Part shown: one piece after another, positions 17,005-24,009 of the stretch | Position numbering within the stretch: position 1 is the stretch's first letter | Layout: every line of letters starts with the position of its first letter | Virus record (IMG/VR): IMGVR_UViG_3300001202_000002 | Coordinates: 1 to 62,372 of that record | Strand: one strand, 5' to 3' | DNA from: a virus | DNA length: 62,372 nt | Notes under the pieces: model-generated | The model's database searches: none | What the model was told of the DNA's origin: nothing | What the model saw: only the letters and a program-made list of their open reading frames with translations | Made by a program: the position numbers and the translations under genes

Positions 17005-17378
17005 ATCTCCACCCCGTAGTGCTTGGCTAATTGTCGCAACCGTGCGTCGTAGGCTGGTTTGAATTTAAACTCGATACCGTTATTGTGGGGTGTACCATCG
17101 TGTACCGATTGCAGGTCAACCAGAAAATCGATGCCTATCTCTGGCGAGACATCAATCACGTCATTGTCATATAAACTATCGACGGGGGCATTACCCCATT
17201 CTTTGACCAAAGCGCCGCAGTCCTCTTTAGAAAGACAATGACCTATTGAGCAATGGTTGCCTCTCCCGTTGTCATACTGACACTCATTTATAGGTGTAGC
17301 ACACTTGACCTGCTGTACCTTGAGCAAGTGACGTATAATATCGGCTTTAGTTTGTAACTCGGGTAGTAATTTAATCAT
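17001..17378 (-). CDS. hypothetical protein, MIKLLPEL paralog B
   Basis: Track ORF; paralogous to 14387..14758. Confidence 0.6.
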   Translation of the reverse strand: MIKLLPELQTKADIIRHLLKVQQVKCATPINECQYDNGRGNHCSIGHCLSKEDCGALVKEWGNAPVDSLYDNDVIDVSPEIGIDFLVDLQSVHDGTPHNNGIEFKFKPAYDARLRQLAKHYGVEI

Positions 17379-17390
17379 GTCTTGTATCTT

Positions 17391-17413
17391 CTGTTTAGTG
17401 TGTTTAGTCTGTT
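17391..17413 (-). promoter_or_regulatory. conserved early-gene leader motif (tandem copy)
   Basis: Minus strand reads AACAGACTAAACACACTAAACAGAAGATACAAGAC-ATG, upstream of 17001..17378. Confidence 0.4.
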
Positions 17414-17454
17414 AAATGCGTTTAAACGGCTCAATTGCGGTTGTTTGTAATGTA

Positions 17455-17685
17455 TTAGTATTTTACATCGCAGAGCATGTCCTCATACTCTGGATGTTCT
17501 GTCTCTATGTCGCTTAACCTACCAGATAGTGCGATACTCTCCGGCGTGACTACTAATATATACTCGTCCGATGATTCAGGTCGCAGGTTTATGAAGTCTC
17601 TAACTAAGTTACAGTACTCTTCAAATGTAACATCTTTAGCACTGCACTCTGTAGTTGCTGGATTGTTCATGGCTGGATTGTTCAT
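17455..17685 (-). CDS. hypothetical protein (the start region carries a perfect 15-bp tandem duplication, MNNPA MNNPA)
   Basis: Track ORF. The unit gctggattgttcatg occurs at 17657..17671 and again at 17672..17686. Confidence 0.5.
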   Translation of the reverse strand: MNNPAMNNPATTECSAKDVTFEEYCNLVRDFINLRPESSDEYILVVTPESIALSGRLSDIETEHPEYEDMLCDVKY

Positions 17686-17695
17686 GGCTGTCTCT

Positions 17696-17710
17696 CCTGT
17701 TTAGTCTGTT
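17696..17710 (-). promoter_or_regulatory. conserved early-gene leader motif
   Basis: Minus strand reads AACAGACTAAACAGGAGAGACAGCC-ATG. Confidence 0.4.
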
Positions 17711-17894
17711 ACGATTGCAACCGCTTAGGTAGTGTCACGTAGTGTACTTCTGTGGATGCGTCGTGGATGCGAAATGCTTCACAGGCTGACTTCATCGATA
17801 GGTAACACTTATTAATTCTGCGACCGTCTTTATAACTCACCGATATCATGTGTTTGTCTTGGTCAGCTGGTGTGGTTGTTAGTTGCGTGGTCAT
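17709..17894 (-). CDS. hypothetical protein (first gene of the minus-strand block)
   Basis: Track ORF with the leader motif upstream. Confidence 0.5.
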   Translation of the reverse strand: MTTQLTTTPADQDKHMISVSYKDGRRINKCYLSMKSACEAFRIHDASTEVHYVTLPKRLQS

Positions 17895-17902
17895 TTGTCT
17901 GT

Positions 17903-17917
17903 CCTGTTTAGTCTGTT
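17903..17917 (-). promoter_or_regulatory. conserved early-gene leader motif
   Basis: Minus strand reads AACAGACTAAACAGGACAGACAA-ATG. Confidence 0.4.
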
Positions 17918-18287
17918 TCAGTTGTTATAGTTTAACGGCAACGGCGGCGGTAACTTTAATAATTGGTTCACGTTGTGGGAATGTTGGCGCGTTCGCCAGC
18001 GATTTGTGGGCCTGCGGCGATGCCTCGCTGTGGCTGGAAAGTAGGCATTTTCTGAGATTTGTGTAAGCAAGCCTGAAAAAGGGGGTATTTAGTAAGTTTT
18101 GGCGTTTTGTGGTATCAGGTTGTGTAGTAGGGTCAGTACGGAGTTGGGGTATTTAGGGGTTTGCTTACTTATGCTTAAGTGGCTGATTCCTCTCTGTTTT
18201 AGTGGTCTATTAGTAGGGTAGTAAGTATAGTAAGTATATAAAGAGAGATATGATAAGCTGGATTATAAAGAGTGCAAACGTAGCCAG

Positions 18288-18296
18288 TGTTATAAT
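18288..18296 (+). promoter_or_regulatory. extended -10 promoter element TGTTATAAT
   Basis: Exact match to TGnTATAAT inside the non-coding divergence region. Confidence 0.5.
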
Positions 18297-18479
18297 ACGC
18301 TGTAATCTATACAACCGTCAGTGTGAATAGTTTGAAAAACGGTTACTTTGCTACTAAGCTACTAAAGCCTAATGCAGCGCCACTTTCAAAAATGGCTATA
18401 CAGCAGTAGCTCCCTGTAAGGGTAGATATTGTAGTACAACCATGATACACCACCCTCTGGCGGAATCGATAGCATCCAC

Positions 18480-18488
18480 TGTTATAAT
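18480..18488 (+). promoter_or_regulatory. extended -10 promoter element TGTTATAAT
   Basis: Exact match, flanked by the direct repeat ATAGCATCC (18469..18477 and 18486..18494). Confidence 0.5.
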
Positions 18489-18638
18489 AGCATCCCTTTG
18501 CTGTACCACTTGTTATAGTTACAGGGTGTACACTCCTAGTCAGTGTCCATTGATAGTGGACAGCCACCGATACTGTACAACTAGGTTACCACCACCGATA
18601 CCCAGAAACATAGCTACCCCATTCTATAATGAGGCTGT

Positions 18639-18647
18639 TGTTATAAT
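18639..18647 (+). promoter_or_regulatory. extended -10 promoter element TGTTATAAT
   Basis: Exact match. A further TATAAT lies at 18625..18630. Confidence 0.5.
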
Positions 18648-18666
18648 GTGATCTAGTTATCATTCA

Positions 18667-18675
18667 TGTTATAAT
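18667..18675 (+). promoter_or_regulatory. extended -10 promoter element TGTTATAAT
   Basis: Exact match. Confidence 0.5.
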
Positions 18676-18966
18676 TACACCCTACCCTTAGTATGGCTTG
18701 ACCCCTTATCGTCTCGTGGCGAGGCTTACAGAGCGTCGATGTTTGTGAGTTCATTCACAGTTTAGTAAGGATGAGAAGTAGTTCATCTTTTGAACTGACC
18801 TTAAATGTGAGTCAGTCGACTATTATAAAAGGTCGGGGTGGGGGTAGTCGACTCTGAGAGTCGGAGTATAATATTAATACAACCCCTACATCAAACTCGG
18901 GAGAATTTTCTGAAACTTTTTTCTATGTTATACTTCAGTAACTATAACAATGGGAGGAACCAAACA

Positions 18967-19506
18967 ATGCCACGAACAAACAGAACCTGGCACATAATAA
19001 GTCCAGTAGATGGCCAGACGCACGTAGTCCACGACTTAAAGGAATTCTGCGATGACAATAACCTTAAGTACGCAACTATGTATCGGGTAATGTGTGATGA
19101 GACGAAGGGGTCCAGCTGCGAGGGGTTCTATCCGGCGCCCGAGCATGACACGGCTGTATCCGTTTCCAAGGACACTACGCGCTACACGTTATTCAACGAA
19201 GGGTTGGGGCTGTGTACATCGCACTCGACATGCAGAGCCACCCTGGCGGAGGAGTCAGGCATATCAACGCAATCTGTCTGGCGGATGATGACAGGCAAAG
19301 CCGTTTCGGTACGCGGTTGGCGAATTACCGATGATATTAATGACCCGGCCTTGGGTAATTTAAAAACTGAGGAACCCGTCGCAGCATCGCCAATTAATGA
19401 TGAATATGATGCCACACCAGATGAGACGACGGATGTACTTGATGTACCGAAGTCTATGATGGATGCTATCGACGAAGCATTGCTACCAGGCGAAGAGGAT
19501 ATATAA
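18967..19506 (+). CDS. hypothetical protein with two HTH-like ~50-aa repeats and a C-terminal LPGEEDI tail
   Basis: Track ORF 18838..19506 trimmed to MPRTNRTW, which follows GGGAGG. The repeats are ...LKEFCDDNNLKYATMYRVM...EGF and ...LAEESGISTQSVWRMM...RGW. Confidence 0.55.
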   Translation: MPRTNRTWHIISPVDGQTHVVHDLKEFCDDNNLKYATMYRVMCDETKGSSCEGFYPAPEHDTAVSVSKDTTRYTLFNEGLGLCTSHSTCRATLAEESGISTQSVWRMMTGKAVSVRGWRITDDINDPALGNLKTEEPVAASPINDEYDATPDETTDVLDVPKSMMDAIDEALLPGEEDI

Positions 19507-19713
19507 ATGAGTAACGCAGATTTATTAGCAGCAACAATTGTGATGGGTGTACTGGCTTGTGCCCTAGTAGGTGTTATAGTCTACCGGTGGGGATACAACC
19601 GGGGTTTCGACGACGGTTACAGCGACGGATACGCAGACGGTATTCAATCCGGCTTTGACGCGGGGGTTGAGTATATGAAAACAGAAATACAACTGAGGAA
19701 ACTAAAAAGATGA
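19507..19713 (+). CDS. hypothetical membrane protein (1 TMD, DGY repeats)
   Basis: Track ORF with LLAATIVMGVLACALVGVIVY. Confidence 0.5.
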   Translation: MSNADLLAATIVMGVLACALVGVIVYRWGYNRGFDDGYSDGYADGIQSGFDAGVEYMKTEIQLRKLKR

Positions 19714-20486
19714 GCACAATCGATTTAACACCGGCACCTAAAACTGCGTCGCCAGGCGGCAAGCCAGTCATACTTGAGACGCCTGCTAATCCGTTACCGA
19801 AGATTATCGGTGTTACGGGTCTGATGGGTAGTGGCAAAGACACGTTCGCGGAAACTCTTCGCGGTCACATGACAGAGGCCAAGTTCAACGTTCGCACGGC
19901 AGCCTTTGCAGATCATCTTAAGGATGTTGTTGCGCTGGCTTACGGCTGGGATAGAGATCTGCTGGAAGGCGACACAGAGGCATCCAGGGCGTGGCGTGAG
20001 AAAGACGATCCGTTCTGGGGTATAACTCCACGAAGAGTGTTGCAGGAAGTGGGTGTTAAGTTCCGAGACATGGACCCGGACTTCTGGGTACGTGCTGTCG
20101 AGAAACGCTTCGAAGACAACCCGGGTATGCATTACATACTTACCGATGTTCGGTTCCCTAACGAGTTCGACATGATTCGTAGGCTGGGAGGTGTTATAGT
20201 CCAGATACGCAGAGGCGAGTATCCTGCCTGGTGGAACGAAGCGGTGCGACTGAATAAAATCCAGGCGTACAACGCCAAGCAGACGCTCAACAATAGCCAG
20301 CGGGTTAACGCGGATATTAAGATGGCAGGGGACATTGGCAAGTTCGAAAAGAACTACCCCGATATCCATGTCAGTGAGTGGGCCTCAGCTGGGCAGGTCC
20401 CTAGCTTCATCATAAACAACGATCAAGACCTGGAAGCGCTCGACACAGCAGCCAAAGGTTTTATAGGACACTACGACGATGAGTAA
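19710..20486 (+). CDS. deoxynucleoside monophosphate (dNMP) kinase
   Basis: P-loop IIGVTGLMGSGKDTFAE plus TDVRFPNEFDMIRRLGGVIVQIRR, a pattern typical of phage dNMP kinases. Confidence 0.7.
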   Translation: MSTIDLTPAPKTASPGGKPVILETPANPLPKIIGVTGLMGSGKDTFAETLRGHMTEAKFNVRTAAFADHLKDVVALAYGWDRDLLEGDTEASRAWREKDDPFWGITPRRVLQEVGVKFRDMDPDFWVRAVEKRFEDNPGMHYILTDVRFPNEFDMIRRLGGVIVQIRRGEYPAWWNEAVRLNKIQAYNAKQTLNNSQRVNADIKMAGDIGKFEKNYPDIHVSEWASAGQVPSFIINNDQDLEALDTAAKGFIGHYDDE

Positions 20487-21039
20487 TAGAAACATTCAAG
20501 ATATATTCCTGCAGGAGCTTGTGGATAAAATTCAGATGGGGAGTAATCCTCACGTGAGAGTACATGAACACTCTTTCAGTATTGTGAAAGATGCAGCACA
20601 CAGAAATGTTATTATTCGAGGTCTAGTTAATTATGGGGGTATGCCTGTTTATTTTCATGAACTTATATCTGAAGATAAGATGACGGAGGCCATGCACTCC
20701 ATACATGTTGTCAATGAACTTGCCGAGAAATTCATAGTAAAGAATGGTCTGGCACCTGTTGATGATCAGAGAAAATCTCAAACATCACGGGAAGAGGTGT
20801 ACCGCGCTATCGATAGTGAGCGCGATTACCAGGATCACGTATGGGGAGACTTCCCGGGATTTGATATCCGACCCGTACAGAACAACATCATAACGATGGA
20901 TGTTTACATGGATAAGCTTAAGGTCGCATGGACTGACAATCCCAACGATCCTGAAGTGCTCAACATCATTCGCAAGATAACCGCTGTTGGCGTACACGCG
21001 ATGGAAGTCAACGGCGCACCAACAAGATACGAAGACTAA
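20479..21039 (+). CDS. hypothetical protein
   Basis: Track ORF. The segment SERDYQDHVWG is only weakly reminiscent of all-alpha NTP pyrophosphatases, so no function is called. Confidence 0.5.
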   Translation: MSNRNIQDIFLQELVDKIQMGSNPHVRVHEHSFSIVKDAAHRNVIIRGLVNYGGMPVYFHELISEDKMTEAMHSIHVVNELAEKFIVKNGLAPVDDQRKSQTSREEVYRAIDSERDYQDHVWGDFPGFDIRPVQNNIITMDVYMDKLKVAWTDNPNDPEVLNIIRKITAVGVHAMEVNGAPTRYED

Positions 21040-21082
21040 CAACCGCAACACCAATTAAAACTTTAATATTGAGGATTTAAAA

Positions 21083-21628
21083 ATGAAGACTGCACCATAT
21101 ATGGCAACACTAACCGCGCTAACCCTGGCGAACCCGGGGTGGCATTTGACAATGCGAAGCTGTGGCTTCAAGCAATCTACGCTACAATGTCTGGTACGCC
21201 AGGGCATGTATAGCTTTTCTGTCAAGCGTGATTTCGATGAGATGACAAGTACCGACGACGATGGCGCTGTATATCTCGACGAAGATAAAGTTAAGTCTTT
21301 CGGTGAAGAGATCCAGGAAAACATCGACAAGGCTGAAGAAAAAGCTCAGGCAGACATGGAAGCTCGCGCAGAAGCTGAAGAGGCTGCTGCACAGAAAGCT
21401 GCTGAAGAGGCCGAACTCGCTGAAGCTAACGAAGGTATCGATGCTAATGAATCACAAGGTACTGATGACCCGGGCATGTTGGCCTCTATCAATACGCCTG
21501 ATACAACAGCTACCACTGATACATCGGTGACTAATCCTTTAGATCCCTCACTGGCTCCGTCAGTGGACAATGACTCAGTTACTGTAGTGGAGGCTGCGAA
21601 TATCGGCAGTGTCAGCGAAGACATATAA
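21083..21628 (+). CDS. hypothetical acidic coiled-coil protein, C-terminal ...SEDI
   Basis: Track ORF with a Glu/Ala-rich central region. Confidence 0.55.
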   Translation: MKTAPYMATLTALTLANPGWHLTMRSCGFKQSTLQCLVRQGMYSFSVKRDFDEMTSTDDDGAVYLDEDKVKSFGEEIQENIDKAEEKAQADMEARAEAEEAAAQKAAEEAELAEANEGIDANESQGTDDPGMLASINTPDTTATTDTSVTNPLDPSLAPSVDNDSVTVVEAANIGSVSEDI

Positions 21629-21830
21629 ACCACAACCCTGTCCCACATGCGGCCAGGTCTTAAGAGTGGAGCCCCGGGGTGACGTGTTTATTGCACGATG
21701 CCCTGGTGGCTCCCAAAATAATCCATCTAATGCTAAACTTAACTCTCGACAAATGACCTTTGGTTGTCACGCAGAATTTGGTGAAACTCCAGAAGAAGCA
21801 GTTGACCGAGTGTTGGAGCTAGTGTTATAA
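21609..21830 (+). CDS. hypothetical zinc-ribbon protein (CPTC...CPGG)
   Basis: Track ORF with a GTG start. Confidence 0.45.
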   Translation: MSAKTYKPQPCPTCGQVLRVEPRGDVFIARCPGGSQNNPSNAKLNSRQMTFGCHAEFGETPEEAVDRVLELVL

Positions 21831-21831
21831 T
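21823..21831 (+). promoter_or_regulatory. extended -10 promoter element TGTTATAAT
   Basis: Exact match overlapping the stop of 21609..21830, 22 nt before the ATG of 21853. Confidence 0.4.
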
Positions 21832-21852
21832 TTAATTTTTCGCGGAGAAATA

Positions 21853-22074
21853 ATGAAACCAAATTTATACACCGTTGATGGCAACAACTTCATCAACTTA
21901 AACCTTGTGTTTGCTGTCAAGCTCGATACATCGGGTACAGGTGCAGAAGTACGCCTAGTGACCGATGGCGGTATGGCTCATCGCATACGATGCAAAAACG
22001 ACAAGGAGGCACGTGACGTATTTCACCAGATCTGGGAACAATGGACAGGATCTGGTTATACCGGCAGAGCATAG
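21853..22074 (+). CDS. hypothetical protein
   Basis: Track ORF with GGAGA upstream. Confidence 0.55.
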   Translation: MKPNLYTVDGNNFINLNLVFAVKLDTSGTGAEVRLVTDGGMAHRIRCKNDKEARDVFHQIWEQWTGSGYTGRA

Positions 22075-22145
22075 AGCTGCGGTACAACTGATACTCCCCC
22101 TACCTGTCCCTGAGAACTCTGGGGCCTCATACGGGTAGGTCGCCG

Positions 22146-22202
22146 GTACGGTAAACGGACACAGACGACACTGACCCCGCAGTGGACCGCCGTTTACCGT
22201 AC
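22146..22202 (+). other. 13-bp perfect inverted repeat (GTACGGTAAACGG / CCGTTTACCGTAC) within a structured 175-nt intergenic region
   Basis: The stem arms are 22146..22158 and 22190..22202. Additional complementary pairs are CTGCGG/CCGCAG and CCTACC/GGTAGG. Confidence 0.4.
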
Positions 22203-22216
22203 ATGGTGTAATCTTG

Positions 22217-22225
22217 TGATACAAT
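22217..22225 (+). promoter_or_regulatory. extended -10-like element TGATACAAT
   Basis: One mismatch to TGnTATAAT; lies 27 nt before the ATG of 22252. Confidence 0.35.
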
Positions 22226-22251
22226 ATCCTCTTTCAACAGAGGAATGAGAA

Positions 22252-22443
22252 ATGGGATACAGATCACTAAAAGACCCTTCCGTAAAGACTGTCCCCGTCC
22301 GGGATCAAAACGGCCCTAGTCGTGGCAAAACAGACAACTCCCGTCTGACTGCCGATACCAAACCACCTAAATGCGGCGCCAAGCATGGTAGCAGCGAGAA
22401 GTCGTCTGGTCCATACACGAACACGAATTCGAGGGCTGGATAA
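22252..22443 (+). CDS. hypothetical basic protein
   Basis: Track ORF. Confidence 0.45.
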   Translation: MGYRSLKDPSVKTVPVRDQNGPSRGKTDNSRLTADTKPPKCGAKHGSSEKSSGPYTNTNSRAG

Positions 22444-22751
22444 TGGATAGCGCAAAAAAATCAACGGAAACAAAGGAACAGCGTAGAGCTCGACTGAAAA
22501 AGGTTGTTGCTCGTGCAAAGGCCAACAAAAAGAATCAGGAACTCCAGAAGACCGGTCGCAAGATCATTCAGAGTGAACTGAAAAAGGCCGGTAAGAAGAA
22601 GCCTAAACGCCAGAGCGCGGGTTCCACTAAAACCACAGCAACTACTTCCCGTACCAAAAAGAAATCGGCCCTGCCGAAGTCAAAGGTCGGAAAAACAATT
22701 GCTAATCGTTCACGCAAAATAAATGCGGCTGTAAACCGCGCCGGAGGCTGA
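22443..22751 (+). CDS. hypothetical very Lys/Arg-rich protein (possible DNA-binding or condensing protein)
   Basis: Track ORF with KK/RR runs throughout. Confidence 0.5.
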   Translation: MDSAKKSTETKEQRRARLKKVVARAKANKKNQELQKTGRKIIQSELKKAGKKKPKRQSAGSTKTTATTSRTKKKSALPKSKVGKTIANRSRKINAAVNRAGG

Positions 22752-23069
22752 TTGATGTTTAGTAAAGAACGAGTTGCAGCTTTAACGCTGCTGTTATTCT
22801 CAAGTCTCATATTCGCTATCGAGTCTGTAGTTATCCCCAGCGATGGTTGGATTGAGTTAGGATCTACTCCTAACTTCGCGATACAGTCTCGCTGCGGTAC
22901 GGAGATCCTTCTCATGCCAAGCGCGACAGACCCAGGGGCTGCTAATTTGGGAGGGGATGCTTTTATGATAAATGCCCTGGCGGTGTGGATTCAGAATATC
23001 CCTACTTCAGATAATTGGTGGGCTCGCTCTGTGAACAGACCCTGTGTCGCTGTATTGGAGAACTACTGA
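22752..23069 (+). CDS. hypothetical exported or membrane-anchored protein
   Basis: Track ORF with N-terminal hydrophobic segment ALTLLLFSSLIFAI. Confidence 0.5.
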   Translation: MMFSKERVAALTLLLFSSLIFAIESVVIPSDGWIELGSTPNFAIQSRCGTEILLMPSATDPGAANLGGDAFMINALAVWIQNIPTSDNWWARSVNRPCVAVLENY

Positions 23070-23470
23070 TGAAGACTTTTCATAACTCTATTTTTTATGT
23101 ATTTCTTTCAATCTTATCTATATCCGTAGGGGCTACATTAGTATGGGGTCAAGAAACGGTAGCGATAGGTCCTGTAGGTAGCGACTCAAGCGCTTCCCCT
23201 GTAACTATTAGTGTTGTAAATGGTATAAACATAAGAGAACATTCTGATGGCTATGTAGAAATGTGGGGTTCAGCAGCTGGCTCGGCCACTGTGTCATTAC
23301 CTTTCACTATGGCTAGCGATGACTATGATATACACATAACTGCTATTAGCGGTACTGTTGATAGAACTGTACAGATAAGTAGTACTAGGAATAATCAATT
23401 CATCAGCAGAGGGCATGGGGGTACGGCTGTAGCGTTTAGATGGTCAATACGCGGGTATAGGAGTCCTTAA
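23069..23470 (+). CDS. signal-peptide protein with tail-fibre-knob (gp53 C-terminal-like) pattern
   Basis: Trimmed to MKTFHNSIFYVFLSILSISVGATLVWG. The segment DGYVEMWGSAAGSATVSLPF...IHITAIS...FRWSIRGY resembles the G..qWG...v.FP..F...W.a.Gy knob pattern. Confidence 0.45.
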   Translation: MKTFHNSIFYVFLSILSISVGATLVWGQETVAIGPVGSDSSASPVTISVVNGINIREHSDGYVEMWGSAAGSATVSLPFTMASDDYDIHITAISGTVDRTVQISSTRNNQFISRGHGGTAVAFRWSIRGYRSP

Positions 23471-23976
23471 TGACGACACTGGCTGTATACGAAGGGTGGT
23501 TGATTTCTGATGGTAGGTTTACAGATGAGGGAGAGTTACTTGATGATTCATGCGCGAAAGTCTATAAACGATCCGACGGGTATATAGTTACAGGCGCAGG
23601 GGATGGAGCCCCTATTGAAGTATTCATGCGGGGTGATTTTTGGAAAGACATTACCTGGCTTGAGAAAGGAGGTCCGGATTTCGATCTCGACTTCCTTAAG
23701 CAATTCAAAGACTGTACTTGCTGGGTTTATCGCCCGGGGGATAAGTTCATATATCAGAGTACCAAAAAGGGATTCGATCCGTTGCCTATACGGGGCGGTT
23801 TGGTCCAGGCTATCGGTTCAGGGGCTGCTTATTTCAAAGGGGCCATGACCGCTCTTATTGAGAATAAGAAATATCTGGGATTGAGCAACAAGCAAATGAT
23901 GCAGGCCGCAATGAATGCGGCCATAGCGAACGATCTTTATACAGGTGGTAAGGTTACTATAACCAGATTGAAATAA
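23470..23976 (+). CDS. HslV-like / proteasome beta-subunit-like Ntn peptidase (no partner ATPase present)
   Basis: The N-terminus is MTT (Thr nucleophile). TGAGDGAPIEVF, AKVYKR, QAIGSGAAYFKGAMTALIEN and ANDLYTGGKVTITRL parallel E. coli HslV TTIV..., AGFAGGTADAF, IAIGSGG..A.AAARAL and D.IYTN..I. Confidence 0.65.
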   Translation: MTTLAVYEGWLISDGRFTDEGELLDDSCAKVYKRSDGYIVTGAGDGAPIEVFMRGDFWKDITWLEKGGPDFDLDFLKQFKDCTCWVYRPGDKFIYQSTKKGFDPLPIRGGLVQAIGSGAAYFKGAMTALIENKKYLGLSNKQMMQAAMNAAIANDLYTGGKVTITRLK

Positions 23977-23978
23977 GG

Positions 23979-24009
23979 TTAATACGCGGCATTATTCGCC
24001 GCGTATTAA
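23979..24009. terminator. 12-bp perfect hairpin between convergent genes
   Basis: TTAATACGCGGC-attattc-GCCGCGTATTAA. It overlaps the stop of the minus-strand gene and has no strong U-tract. Confidence 0.45.

Noticed and set aside
18343-18651. Track ORFs 18343..18567 (-) and 18442..18651 (+) inside the divergence region
   Set aside because: They overlap each other and have an implausible composition (Cys/Tyr/Thr-rich, with no Shine-Dalgarno sequence). They coincide with the promoter-like and direct-repeat elements, so the region is treated as non-coding.
18838-18966. N-terminal extension of the first plus-strand gene (track start 18838)
   Set aside because: The extension covers the palindromes and a TATAAT box and has a poor sequence. 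A strong GGGAGG lies 8 nt before the ATG at 18967.
20479-21039. MazG/all-alpha NTP pyrophosphatase call for the ORF after the dNMP kinase
   Set aside because: Only a short SERDYQDHVWG segment is reminiscent of that family, and the acidic EExxE metal-binding motifs I would expect were not found. It is left as hypothetical.
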